Shown: piece after piece, positions 38,347-48,625 of the stretch
Layout: every line of letters starts with the position of its first letter
How positions within the stretch are numbered: position 1 is the first letter of the stretch
From: a virus
Length of the DNA: 64,000 nucleotides
Virus record (IMG/VR): IMGVR_UViG_3300024518_000034
Span: 32,001 to 96,000 of that record
Reading direction: 5' to 3' (one strand)
Program-made: the position numbers and the translations under genes
The notes under the pieces: generated by a model
What the model saw: the letters and a program-made list of their open reading frames with translations, nothing else
Database searches by the model: none
What the model was told of the DNA's origin: nothing

Positions 38347-38874
38347 ATGAGGGAGGCGGTAACAAGAATTGTAGAAGAAAATAGAGATCGAATTGAGGAA
38401 AGATTTTGGTCTAAAGTGAAAATTCCACATGAAGGATTTGGATGCTGGATATGGAAAGGTAGCACTAAAGGCGTGGCGAGAGGGTATGGACATTTCTATT
38501 TTGGAAAATTAAATAATAGAAAATACTATATGATCGCCCATCGTGCAGCGTGGTGGCTAGTTTATGGAGAAATCATAGATTTGCCAGATTCTGATTTCAG
38601 AGGAACGTGCGTTTGTCATAAGTGTGATAATAGGCTGTGTGTAAATCCGACACATCTATTTATTGGGACGCATAAGGATAATGTAAAAGATATGATTGAG
38701 AAAAATAGAAATTACATTGTGTCTGAGTGGACTAGAAAACTAGATTTATCTCATGTGGAAATTATGAGAAAAATGAAAAAAGTTGCAAATATAAGTAATG
38801 AAAAAATTGCAGAAATTTTTGAAACTACAGTTCCAAATGTAAGTCTTATATTAAATAATAAGAGGTGGAAATGA
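38347..38874 (+). mobile_element. free-standing HNH homing endonuclease
   Basis: RFWSKV...GCWIWKG...AHRAAW...[28 protein letters not shown] plus a C-terminal HTH. Confidence 0.88.
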
Positions 38875-39989
38875 AAATCGCTTTTAGTGCCGATTGGCAT
38901 ATTGGTATATCTACACATTCAAAGAATAAGGTAGGTATTCCATCTCGCACGCAGGATTCAATAGATTCTGTAAATAAGATAATTAACAAAGCTAAAGACT
39001 TAAACTGTGATACTTTTATAGTAGGCGGGGATTTGTTTCACCATTCAAATCCCCGACCTGCATTTATACTTGAAGCAGTTAGGCTATTGCAATATGCAAA
39101 TAGAATGTTTGATGATCTTATAGTTATAAGCGGCAATCATGATCCAATGCCGCTAAGCGGCGGTGTTGGAGCAATAGGCTTATTGGCTAACATGAATGAA
39201 ATGCCTCACAATAGAATGTATGAAGAAGATGCAGATCTGTTGGTGACTAAGCGCGAAGAAAAAGTTCATTTAAGTATTCGACCATATCAAAAGAAAACAC
39301 AGGTAATGGAAAAACCTAGTTCCCTTGGCGGTGAGGCACCAACCATAATGATAGCCCACCATCATTTTCAGGGAGCAGTGGTAGGGTCTGAAACAAGAAT
39401 GCTGGCAGGAGGCGTTTCTGTAATTGAAGAATTAGATGGCGTAAGCTTAATTTTAAGTGGACATATTCATAAACCTCAACATCTTAAAACTCCAAAAGGA
39501 GTACCGGTTCTTTACCCTGGTTCACCGGCTAGATTTTATTTTAGTGACAGAGATGACGAAAAGGGATTTTGGACCATTGAAGTTGACTCACAAGGAGTTA
39601 AGGGTTTTGAGTTTATAGAGATAGAGAATAGGCCAATGGTGCAAATAGAAAAAGACATTAAGTGGCTAGCGAAACCTAAAAAGTACTGTGTGGAGGATTT
39701 AATAGTCGAGGGAGTGAGGGGCGCTGATGTGAAAACTATTATAAGTTGCGATGATGTTTTAGAAATAGATACCGTTAAAATGGTTGACCTGTTGAAGAAG
39801 GCTGGCGCTTATTACATAGTTCCACCTAAAATAGAATTGAGACATAAAAATAGGACAAGAGAAGAGGAAATCAACCGTGACCAAAATAAGGACAAATGTG
39901 TTGATTTATGGCTAAAAAACAACGATTTAGGACAGTTTGAAAAAGAAGAGATAAAGCAGAGTGCAGACGAGATCATGCAAGACGATTAA
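38865..39989 (+). CDS. sbcD: SbcD/Mre11-like nuclease
   Basis: SADWHIG, GGDLFH, SGNHD, GHIHKPQ, YPGSP. Confidence 0.88.
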   Translation: MEMKIAFSADWHIGISTHSKNKVGIPSRTQDSIDSVNKIINKAKDLNCDTFIVGGDLFHHSNPRPAFILEAVRLLQYANRMFDDLIVISGNHDPMPLSGGVGAIGLLANMNEMPHNRMYEEDADLLVTKREEKVHLSIRPYQKKTQVMEKPSSLGGEAPTIMIAHHHFQGAVVGSETRMLAGGVSVIEELDGVSLILSGHIHKPQHLKTPKGVPVLYPGSPARFYFSDRDDEKGFWTIEVDSQGVKGFEFIEIENRPMVQIEKDIKWLAKPKKYCVEDLIVEGVRGADVKTIISCDDVLEIDTVKMVDLLKKAGAYYIVPPKIELRHKNRTREEEINRDQNKDKCVDLWLKNNDLGQFEKEEIKQSADEIMQDD

Positions 39990-40450
39990 TGAATATATTG
40001 ACATTAGATTTAGCAACAACAACTGGATGGGCACAAAAGAAGAAAAAGAAGATCGAGAGTGGGATAGTAAATTTCTCTCCTAAAAGAGGAGATAGTCCTG
40101 GGGTAAGATTTTTGAAGTTTAGAGCCTGGCTCACTAAAGTAGTTAAAGAATTGGAACCAGAAGTTATAGTTTATGAGCGCCCCCATCATCGAGGAGGGGC
40201 AGCAACCGAAGTCTTAGTAGGATTGTCCACTAGAGTGCAGGAGATAGCCGCAGAGTATAAAATAGAATGCCAGGCGGTTCACAGCACTACGCTTAAAAAA
40301 TTTTTAACAGGGGGCGGCAGAGCGTCTAAGGAAGATATGATCAGAGAAGCCAAAATTAGGTTCCCGAAACAAGATATTGTTGACGACAATCAAGCCGACG
40401 CGCTAGCTCTTTTAGCATATGCAATAGAAACTTACGAATATGAAGATTAA
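39989..40450 (+). CDS. RuvC-like Holliday junction resolvase
   Basis: LTLDLATTTGWA, IVYERP, DDNQADALA. Confidence 0.8.
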   Translation: MNILTLDLATTTGWAQKKKKKIESGIVNFSPKRGDSPGVRFLKFRAWLTKVVKELEPEVIVYERPHHRGGAATEVLVGLSTRVQEIAAEYKIECQAVHSTTLKKFLTGGGRASKEDMIREAKIRFPKQDIVDDNQADALALLAYAIETYEYED

Positions 40451-42509
40451 CAGAATAAGAGCTTTAAACTATCTGTCCTTTGGACATGTAGACATAAATT
40501 TGTCTAAAGCTAGACTTACTTCTATTTTGGGAGATTGCGGAGAGGTAGGAAGATCAAATGGTGCTGGAAAAAGCACCATATTTGGTGCCATATGTTATGG
40601 ATTGTTTGGAAAGTACATTGTTGCCTCTGATGATTTGTTGATTAGAGATGATCAGTCTAGGATGGAAGTAGAAATAGAATTTGAAATAGATAATCATCAA
40701 ATAAAGATAATTAGAGGTAGAGATAAGTCAAGCAAGCATGCAAAACTTATTGTAGATAATAAACTGACAGCCGAAGGAATAAGAAATGTAAATTATGAAG
40801 TAGTTAAATTGATTAAGATGAACTTTGATGTATTTCTAGCTACTACTTTTTTTATCCAAGGAGGATTGGACAACTTCACTAGTGCTGCACCATCGTCAAG
40901 AAAAGACTATCTTGGATCAATCTTGGACACCACTTGTTGGGATAAATGGTACAATGAGGCCAAAAACAAGTTAACGGATTTAAGTCAAGAAGTTGAAAAA
41001 TTAGACAGCGAAGTTGGAATTATAAAAGACAATTTTGACCTTAAAAAGAACTATACTAAAGAGATAGGTGAATTGAAGAAGAAACATACTGGTGAAAACT
41101 TGGTTCTGAAGAGGTTGGAGAAAAAGAAGAAAGCTGCTACAGATAGAATTGCTGAATTAGAAAAGCTTAAAGTAGAACATCAAGCGCTTTTAAAGAACAA
41201 AAATGGAACTAGCGTAGATGTGATGTTAGTAAAAGCTAAACAGGAGTTAAGTAAGGCGAAAAAAGAATTTGAAGGAAATCAAATCCAAGAAAAAAGAATA
41301 AAAGAGGAGTTAAAGAAATATAAACCTAGAAGTGTCATACTTAAAGAAGAAAAAGAGATAGGTGAAAAAATAGCTCAATTTGATGAAAAAATACGTAGTA
41401 GTAAGGAAATTTTGGCCTTATTGAACAAAGCAGGAACAGGGAAAGACGTTGATTGTCCTGTGTGTGAAACAAAAATAGAAGGAGTTGCCGCAACCATAGG
41501 TCATAGAAAACTTGAATTGATTTCCTTGGAAAAAGAGCTTGGTGAGACGCAGGAGACAAGGAGAAGTTACAAAAGTGATTTAGCAGAGGTTAATGTGCTA
41601 ACAAATGAGGAAATAAGATTAGAAACAAGTGGAATGCATTTAAAAGAAGATGTGCATATTGCTAATCGTAGAGTGAGTGATGCTAAAGAGCTTCTTGTAG
41701 AAGAGAAAAAACGTTTCAAAGAAGTAAACAAGAGGATAGCTGAAACGGTAGTCGATGAAGATGAAATCTATAACTTGATGAATCAACGAGAAGATTTAAA
41801 AAAACTAGTTGACAGCAAGAGAGGGAAAGTGGTAGACTTAGAAGTTAAAATAATTTCTTTGGAAGGAAATAAGGACAAAGTAGAAGAAAATAAAGAGAAG
41901 GTAAAGAAATTAACAGAGCGAAAAAAGGAAGCTAAAAAGGAAGGCAGAAAGATTACTCTAGTAAAGAGAATGTTTTCTAAAAAGAGTGGGATACCAGCCT
42001 ATATCATTGAGAATGCAATTGCAGACATAGAAGATAGGGCTAATGATATATTGAAATCTTTTGGTAGTGGATTGATAGTTGCATTAGAAAGTCAAAAGAT
42101 TACAAAGACGAAGAAAAAAGAAGTGGACACGTTAGAAATCTTTGTTATAACTTCAACCGGTAGGAAAAGAATCTACCAACTGCTTTCTGGCGGTGAGAAA
42201 GCACAAGTTAATATAGCAATGAGATTGGCACTGTCTATGCTTTTGTCGAACAGGTATGGAGTTAACATTGATACCTTGTTTATAGATGAATCTATGGGAG
42301 CCTTTGACGAAATGAATAGGTCGGTAATGTTAGGCATTTTTAAGCTATTATCTAACAGATTTAGGCAAGTTTTTGTCATTAGTCACCACGAAGATTTGAG
42401 AGATATGATGCCAGATACAATATTAGTTTCTAAAAAAGATGGCGTGAGTAGCGCCAAGGTTGTATTAGGCAATAGAGGTAAGCTAGTGTTGGCTAGCAAA
42501 GGAGAATAG
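40440..42509 (+). CDS. sbcC: SbcC/Rad50-like SMC ATPase
   Basis: SNGAGKST Walker A, coiled coils, CPVC zinc hook, LSGGE signature, FIDE Walker B. Confidence 0.92.
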   Translation: MKINRIRALNYLSFGHVDINLSKARLTSILGDCGEVGRSNGAGKSTIFGAICYGLFGKYIVASDDLLIRDDQSRMEVEIEFEIDNHQIKIIRGRDKSSKHAKLIVDNKLTAEGIRNVNYEVVKLIKMNFDVFLATTFFIQGGLDNFTSAAPSSRKDYLGSILDTTCWDKWYNEAKNKLTDLSQEVEKLDSEVGIIKDNFDLKKNYTKEIGELKKKHTGENLVLKRLEKKKKAATDRIAELEKLKVEHQALLKNKNGTSVDVMLVKAKQELSKAKKEFEGNQIQEKRIKEELKKYKPRSVILKEEKEIGEKIAQFDEKIRSSKEILALLNKAGTGKDVDCPVCETKIEGVAATIGHRKLELISLEKELGETQETRRSYKSDLAEVNVLTNEEIRLETSGMHLKEDVHIANRRVSDAKELLVEEKKRFKEVNKRIAETVVDEDEIYNLMNQREDLKKLVDSKRGKVVDLEVKIISLEGNKDKVEENKEKVKKLTERKKEAKKEGRKITLVKRMFSKKSGIPAYIIENAIADIEDRANDILKSFGSGLIVALESQKITKTKKKEVDTLEIFVITSTGRKRIYQLLSGGEKAQVNIAMRLALSMLLSNRYGVNIDTLFIDESMGAFDEMNRSVMLGIFKLLSNRFRQVFVISHHEDLRDMMPDTILVSKKDGVSSAKVVLGNRGKLVLASKGE

Positions 42510-42510
42510 T

Positions 42511-42741
42511 ATGAGTGAAGAGAGAGTTAGTAATCGTGAGTTAAAGGATCAAGAAGAGAGAGAAAAACTTAAAGTTACTGGATTGGGTGATCTGGTTGCA
42601 GAGATGATTGCTATAGGCGATCCGAAAGATGTATACACAAAACGTAGTCCAGGTAAGGTGAAGAAAGCTCAATTTATACAAGATGAATTGAACAGAAGAG
42701 GAAAATTAAGAAAAACAAAAAAGTCAGCAGCGGCTGAGTAA
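42511..42741 (+). CDS. hypothetical protein
   Basis: 76 aa ORF. Confidence 0.55.
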   Translation: MSEERVSNRELKDQEEREKLKVTGLGDLVAEMIAIGDPKDVYTKRSPGKVKKAQFIQDELNRRGKLRKTKKSAAAE

Positions 42742-42744
42742 AAC

Positions 42745-43974
42745 ATGAGCGAGGGCAAGCGAAAAGTTATGTGGGTAAGTGATAGCCCACAATGGAGATA
42801 TGTTGGACAATCTAGAGTAACTAGAGAGGTCTGCAGAAGGTTGAATTCCAAATATGATATGTGTGTGGCTGGATTCTTTGATAAGAAAGAAGTTGGAAAA
42901 GAAGCAATATTTAAAGATGGATATCCAGTCTATAACATAACAAGGGATGCTACTGGATTAATTATTGACGCTATACATCATTATAATCCAGACGTGGTCA
43001 TCATGAGTCACGATTGCTGGGAGTTTCCAAACATAGAACTGTTTAGAAGAAAATTTCCAAAGATTAAATTTATTGGATGGTTTACTATTGATGGTGATCC
43101 GATAGATACAAAGTGGAAGAATTTGTTGGAAGCTTGCAATTTAATAATTAGTCCTACAGAATATGGAAAAAAAGTAATAAAAGATCAGTACATGCACTTA
43201 GATGTAGATGTTGTCTCGTATGGAATTGACCATTCTAATTTTTTTAAGATAGATCAGTTACAAAAAGAGATGCATCGTAAGAGTATAAGAATGAATAATG
43301 GGGCAAGTTTGGAGGGGAAATTTTGTGCTATTTTCACAGGACAAAATCACACTAGAAAAAATCTGGGAGCAGCCTTCGACGGATGGAATAGATTTTCTAA
43401 AGGAAAAGATGATGTGGCATATACCATCATCACCCATACGCGAAAAATTAAGCATGGAGAATGGGCTAACATGCCAGTAGATTATGATCTAGGCAATTGG
43501 TATAATGCTGATAGCATGTTAGTTGTGGATGGTGTAGTAGATGATCCAACTCTTTCTAGATTTTATCAAGTAAGTGATGTAATGTTGTTACCCACCCTAG
43601 GCGAGTCGCCTTCTCTGCCATTGTTGGAATCTATGGCTTGCGGAGTAGTGCCAATAGTTACTAATTATTCTGGCCCAACTGATTTCTGTAGGCATAATGA
43701 AAATGCCTTCTTGATGGAAGGAGTAGATTTTTGGCCTCAAATGTGGCATGTGAGAAGAAAGATAGTTTCGCCAGAAACAGTTCAAGAATCGTTGGAAATA
43801 ATGTATAACAAATGGAAAAATGAAAAGGCCAACTTTCACAAGTTGGCGCAAAATGCAGTGGCTGCTTCTAGAGAATACGATTGGGATAAATCGGCAGCGG
43901 GAATAATGAATAGTATTGAAAGTCTATTCAAAGAGAATAGAGTAGAGAGAACAAACAAGGTAACTAGAGTATGA
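42745..43974 (+). CDS. glycosyltransferase, GT-B fold (GT4-like)
   Basis: QNHTRKN; LLPTLGESPSLPLLESMACGVVPIVTNYSG. Confidence 0.88.
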   Translation: MSEGKRKVMWVSDSPQWRYVGQSRVTREVCRRLNSKYDMCVAGFFDKKEVGKEAIFKDGYPVYNITRDATGLIIDAIHHYNPDVVIMSHDCWEFPNIELFRRKFPKIKFIGWFTIDGDPIDTKWKNLLEACNLIISPTEYGKKVIKDQYMHLDVDVVSYGIDHSNFFKIDQLQKEMHRKSIRMNNGASLEGKFCAIFTGQNHTRKNLGAAFDGWNRFSKGKDDVAYTIITHTRKIKHGEWANMPVDYDLGNWYNADSMLVVDGVVDDPTLSRFYQVSDVMLLPTLGESPSLPLLESMACGVVPIVTNYSGPTDFCRHNENAFLMEGVDFWPQMWHVRRKIVSPETVQESLEIMYNKWKNEKANFHKLAQNAVAASREYDWDKSAAGIMNSIESLFKENRVERTNKVTRV

Positions 43975-46196
43975 GATCTATAAACGTTTTTGGAACTTTT
44001 AATGGGGTTACTGGATATGACCATGTAGTTAGAAATATTGTAGAAAGAATGTATTTCAAGGGTATCGTTGTAGGATTGCATGATTTCAAGGAATGGTCGG
44101 GTACTAAGATACCTACGTCAGTTTTGTTACAGAATATGGTAAAAAGCGCACCGGCTGTGCGCTCTGATATGCTGTTAGCTTTTTGTTTACCAGAGCAGAT
44201 TTATAAAAATAAGAATCTGCACCAAGGAAAAATTATAGCTAATTACACTATGATGGAAACTGATAGGATACCTAGAAATTGGGTAGATTATGGTGCATCA
44301 AGTGATGTAATAATAGTGCCTACTCAATTTAATAAAAAGGCCTGGATAGATAGTGGAGTGAATGAGAACAGATTGGAGGTCGTACCGCTAGGAATTGATG
44401 TAGGTATGTACAATCCAAGCATTCACCCATTGCCATTATATGATGGTGACGAGCTAATAAATGACAAATATAAGTACAGATTCTTAAATATACAGGAAGC
44501 GGTAGATAGAAAGAATTTAGATGGCATATTAGAAAGCTGGATGATAGCTACTAAAGATAGAGACGATTGTTGCTTAATATTGAAGTTATCTTCATACTCA
44601 GAAAATAGATTAGACTTTTTCGGAACTAGAATGGATCGTATTAGAGAGAAGGTAGGAATCAAAAAAGAAGAACACGCGCCTATTTTTATATATTCTAATA
44701 TGTTGTTGGACTCACAAATGCCTTCATTACTTTCAACTTGTACACATTACATATCACTTAGTTTTGGCGAAGGGTGGGATCTAAATATGATCGCAGCAGC
44801 GTCGATGAATAAACAACTGGTAGCGCCAGACAATTCATCTTATAAAGAATATTTGAACGATGAGATTGCATTCATGATTGATACTAAATTAGAGCCAGCA
44901 AAACAAAGCGGACCAACAGCTAGAATCTATCATGGGTCAAACTGGGCAAGACCACAGATGGAATGTGTATTGGATACGTATAAGAAGATTTTTGATGGAG
45001 AAGTGAAGAAAGAAGCAAGAGAGGTGATTGCAAAAGAATATACTTGGGATCACACTGTAGACAATTTAATAAAGACATTAGATAGAAGATTTTATGGCAC
45101 TAAACCTTTTTCTCTACCCAAAGAAGTAGAGAAAAAAAAGACGGGTGTCATGTTAGTTTGCAAAAGTAATGTTGGTTCAGAGAAATGTGGAATATTGGAG
45201 TATAGCAAGTCATTGATAGGTGCATTTCAAAATTCGGAAGAAAAGTTAGATAAAGTGGGACTTATGGGCGGAAATGAGCCGACTTATGTCGATCATATTG
45301 ATAACAATGAAATAGCATTAGTGCATTATCAATATGAGTATCAGTTTCATAGCCCAAGTAGATTGAAGTTTATGTTTAGAGAATTAAAGGCTCGCGGTGT
45401 TAAAACGGTTGTGACTCAACACACTCTAACGAAAGAGGCTGCACCGCACAATTGCGTGATAAGAGATTATGCTGATGCTATCATAGTGCATAGTGATCGT
45501 AGTAAAGAATATGCTAGCGCACAATTAGGATATGATTCAAAAAAGGTTCACAAGGTTATAATGCCATGCAATCCAATCATAGAAGAGTTTGATTCCACTG
45601 TTCCATTGCCGAAAGACAAATTGAAGGTGGGATTTTTTGGATTTTCCTATTATCACAAGGGAATAAACAAACTTATAATTAACTACTATTCACTGAAACA
45701 GCACGAGGCTTTTAAGGATCTAATGTTAGTTATAGTTTCGAACAAGCCTAAGCAGGACCAGGTTGGATATTATGAACAATGTGTAAATATGTTGAACTAT
45801 TTTGGATTGAAGAACAAAGAAGATTACATTTGGATAGATAAGTTTTTACCTGAGGAACAAGCTGTAGGTTATTTGAACCAGTGTGACTGCATTATATTAC
45901 CATATGATGATTATGGTGGAGTAGGTACGAGTGCGGCAATAAGAACAGCTATGAGAGCAGGCAAGCCAGTTTTTGCATCAGACACTTGTTGGTTTTCTGA
46001 CATACCAGAAATAGTAGTACCTAGAATTAATGATGATAATTTCGAAGGAGATTTGAAATCATTGTTGGGTGAGGTTAGGAAAAAAGAGAATTCAGAGGCA
46101 CTTTCTGGTAGAGTTAAAAAGTATGTTGAGAGGAATTCATGGGAAGAGTCGGCAAGGCAGCACAGAGAGATATATCAAACGCTTATAGGTACTTAA
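43971..46196 (+). CDS. tandem double GT4-like glycosyltransferase
   Basis: Module 1: DRKNLD...SLSFGEGWDL. Module 2: GFFGFSYYHKG...ILPY...SAAIRTAMRAGKPVFASD. Confidence 0.85.
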   Translation: MRSINVFGTFNGVTGYDHVVRNIVERMYFKGIVVGLHDFKEWSGTKIPTSVLLQNMVKSAPAVRSDMLLAFCLPEQIYKNKNLHQGKIIANYTMMETDRIPRNWVDYGASSDVIIVPTQFNKKAWIDSGVNENRLEVVPLGIDVGMYNPSIHPLPLYDGDELINDKYKYRFLNIQEAVDRKNLDGILESWMIATKDRDDCCLILKLSSYSENRLDFFGTRMDRIREKVGIKKEEHAPIFIYSNMLLDSQMPSLLSTCTHYISLSFGEGWDLNMIAAASMNKQLVAPDNSSYKEYLNDEIAFMIDTKLEPAKQSGPTARIYHGSNWARPQMECVLDTYKKIFDGEVKKEAREVIAKEYTWDHTVDNLIKTLDRRFYGTKPFSLPKEVEKKKTGVMLVCKSNVGSEKCGILEYSKSLIGAFQNSEEKLDKVGLMGGNEPTYVDHIDNNEIALVHYQYEYQFHSPSRLKFMFRELKARGVKTVVTQHTLTKEAAPHNCVIRDYADAIIVHSDRSKEYASAQLGYDSKKVHKVIMPCNPIIEEFDSTVPLPKDKLKVGFFGFSYYHKGINKLIINYYSLKQHEAFKDLMLVIVSNKPKQDQVGYYEQCVNMLNYFGLKNKEDYIWIDKFLPEEQAVGYLNQCDCIILPYDDYGGVGTSAAIRTAMRAGKPVFASDTCWFSDIPEIVVPRINDDNFEGDLKSLLGEVRKKENSEALSGRVKKYVERNSWEESARQHREIYQTLIGT

Positions 46197-46537
46197 TAGT
46201 AGACAGGCTTGAGGAAAAAGATTTAGATTTTATTGACTACACTGAAGAAGGAGGGTGCCTTTATCTTGGAAAAGATTGGAAAGATGGAGGTCACCAAACA
46301 TATGTAATAGGATTGTCTAGTAAGATGGTGGTGTTTTTAAAAGAATTAATAAGATATAAATTTGGAGTTATAGATTTAAAAAGTGGATCGTGGCATTATT
46401 TCATTTGGTCTAAGAACAAACCTGGAATTATTTGTACTATGTATCATAAGTTTAACGACAACATAGAGGGGGACTCAAGAAGATTTTGGAGAGTGATAAG
46501 ACTGTTAGCGGGAAATTTGAGGGCAAGAGATGAGTGA
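46139..46537 (+). CDS. hypothetical protein, possibly a degenerate LAGLIDADG-fold protein
   Basis: EKDLDFIDYTEEGGCLYL...FLKELIRYKFGVI; start uncertain. Confidence 0.3.
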   Translation: MGRVGKAAQRDISNAYRYLIVDRLEEKDLDFIDYTEEGGCLYLGKDWKDGGHQTYVIGLSSKMVVFLKELIRYKFGVIDLKSGSWHYFIWSKNKPGIICTMYHKFNDNIEGDSRRFWRVIRLLAGNLRARDE

Positions 46538-47444
46538 ACCAAAAATTAGTGTACATATATTGGCGAAGGAAACCACAGAGCTTGGAAACAGACTGTTTGA
46601 GTCATGTGTTCAATCTATATTGGATGCAGACTATGCGTATGAAATTATAATAGTTGATAACGGGTGTGAACCGGGACTTGTTGATGGGCAGTGGGGAGAA
46701 TGCCAAATAACAGTAATAGACGGAACAAACATTGCTGACTTTGCTGCATTAAGAAATCTAGCTTTAGAATACACAGGAAAAGATTGTACACATTTTCATT
46801 GGATTGACACTGATGAGTGCTATCCAAAAGAGACTTTATCAAAGCTAAAGGAAATGGCTAAAAATGATAATATTTCAGCAATAACTACGTGGTTTTGGCA
46901 CTTTATGATTGATCCTACACAATGGCAAGAACAACAGAATAAAACGAACTTCTACAAGCTTGTCCCAGGAATAAAATGGGAATTGCCAGTTCATGAGCAT
47001 CTAGTTGGATATGATAAAACGAAGGTGGCCCATCTGAACGCTTCATATCATCACTATGGATACATTAGGCCACAATGGGTCCAGGCGTTGAAGTGGATAA
47101 AGTATGACGTGTGGCAAAAAGGAAACGCAAATCATTATCGAGAATATTACGACGGAGGTTGGGAAAAGGTGGTAGACTATTATAGCGATGAAAGAACGCC
47201 AGATCAATGTTTAGAAGATCGCAGATCTTATTGCTCTAAATATATAGGGAATCACACGGATGGGTTTGAAAAGAATATAATAGAACCATGGATAGATAGT
47301 GGTAAGACCTGGAATGAGTGGCTTAAGACGATTAACGATTGCACAATGTGGGACGAGTGGGAAGAGAAGAGAAAAGAGTTGGGTTCGTGGAAAGACACAA
47401 TAAGTTGGGCATGTGAACGATATGGATTGAAAGAAAATGAATAA
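46530..47444 (+). CDS. glycosyltransferase family 2
   Basis: IIIVDNG, DFAALRNLAL, WIDTDE (DxD), VHEHL, HHYGY. Confidence 0.88.
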   Translation: MSEPKISVHILAKETTELGNRLFESCVQSILDADYAYEIIIVDNGCEPGLVDGQWGECQITVIDGTNIADFAALRNLALEYTGKDCTHFHWIDTDECYPKETLSKLKEMAKNDNISAITTWFWHFMIDPTQWQEQQNKTNFYKLVPGIKWELPVHEHLVGYDKTKVAHLNASYHHYGYIRPQWVQALKWIKYDVWQKGNANHYREYYDGGWEKVVDYYSDERTPDQCLEDRRSYCSKYIGNHTDGFEKNIIEPWIDSGKTWNEWLKTINDCTMWDEWEEKRKELGSWKDTISWACERYGLKENE

Positions 47445-47628
47445 AGCAACGCTAGAGAAAAACTACAAATTAACCTTGCAACTTACAGATGAAGAGATTC
47501 AGAACTATAAAGTGATATTGCATACATTTAAGACGTTGGGGGACAAGTCAGGTATAGCTGCAAAATATCCTGGTGCCGCGCTTTTAGCAGATGCCATTTT
47601 GTATTCTATTGAAGGAGACAACGAATGA
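47437..47628 (+). CDS. hypothetical protein
   Basis: 63 aa, coupled to both neighbours. Confidence 0.55.
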   Translation: MNKATLEKNYKLTLQLTDEEIQNYKVILHTFKTLGDKSGIAAKYPGAALLADAILYSIEGDNE

Positions 47629-48338
47629 CAGTAGGAATGTTGATTTGCTCTTTTAACGACCTGGAATTAAGTAAAGTAATGTATCCATCTTTAGTTAAGT
47701 CAATGCCTAGTCATATTCCTTATGGAATTGTTGTAGTGGATGGCGGATCAACAGATGGATCGCTAGAGTTTTGGAAATCGAAGGCACCCGTGATACATCC
47801 AGGCGATTCAGATTTGCTAAAGCAGTTAAACGCTGAACCTGGAGATTTGAGACACTTATCTAGATCCTTAAATGTGGGAGGTAAGTATTTAATGGATAGT
47901 GGAGAGTATTCTCACATATTACACCCACATCCTGACATGGAATTTCCCCAAGAGGGGTGGGTAGAGACAATGGTCAATTATCTCAAAAAAGAGCCAAAAA
48001 TAGCTAAATTATCAGCAGATTGGGACCATTTGAGAATGGGAGATAGAGAGGGAAATCAATGCCCGTGGATAATGCCGGTTTCTGTAATCAAAGAAATGAT
48101 TGAAGGTGATGGATATTGGTTCGATCCAGAGTTTAGAGGGATTGGTGGAAGTGAAGACTGGGATCTAAATTGCAGGTTGATCAACAAGGGGTATCGTGTT
48201 ACAATTACATCTGATGCAATAGTAGAGCATGAGGGAATGGGAACTAGGGGTCAAAAGGGAAGAGACACTAACCAGGATGCTCTGTACAATAGAGGTTATT
48301 ATGTGAGCAAGTGGGGAACGCACATGTCCCCAGTATAG
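47625..48338 (+). CDS. glycosyltransferase family 2
   Basis: VVVDGGSTDGS, HPDMEF, GGSEDWDLNCR. Confidence 0.85.
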   Translation: MTVGMLICSFNDLELSKVMYPSLVKSMPSHIPYGIVVVDGGSTDGSLEFWKSKAPVIHPGDSDLLKQLNAEPGDLRHLSRSLNVGGKYLMDSGEYSHILHPHPDMEFPQEGWVETMVNYLKKEPKIAKLSADWDHLRMGDREGNQCPWIMPVSVIKEMIEGDGYWFDPEFRGIGGSEDWDLNCRLINKGYRVTITSDAIVEHEGMGTRGQKGRDTNQDALYNRGYYVSKWGTHMSPV

Positions 48339-48346
48339 GAGATAAA

Positions 48347-48625
48347 ATGACAGTTAAAGAAGCAAAGAAGGCAGTGTACGGATTTATTGAAGACACAGAT
48401 CTTACAACGAGAGATGCGCTTGATTTTACTGAATTAGTAAATGACTTAATTGAGGCTGCAAAAGAAGAACAGAAAAGTTCATACGATGGTGAATTGCAGA
48501 GACTATATCATCTAATATATAATCAAGCTGTAAGTGCAGCAAGAGAAGCATTTGTACAAGGGATGAGGCCTCCTGAGAACAGTGAAGAGGCGAAAGAAGA
48601 GGTTGAGGAAGTTGCAAATGTCTAA
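48347..48625 (+). CDS. hypothetical protein
   Basis: GGAGA RBS before ATG48347. Confidence 0.6.
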   Translation: MTVKEAKKAVYGFIEDTDLTTRDALDFTELVNDLIEAAKEEQKSSYDGELQRLYHLIYNQAVSAAREAFVQGMRPPENSEEAKEEVEEVANV

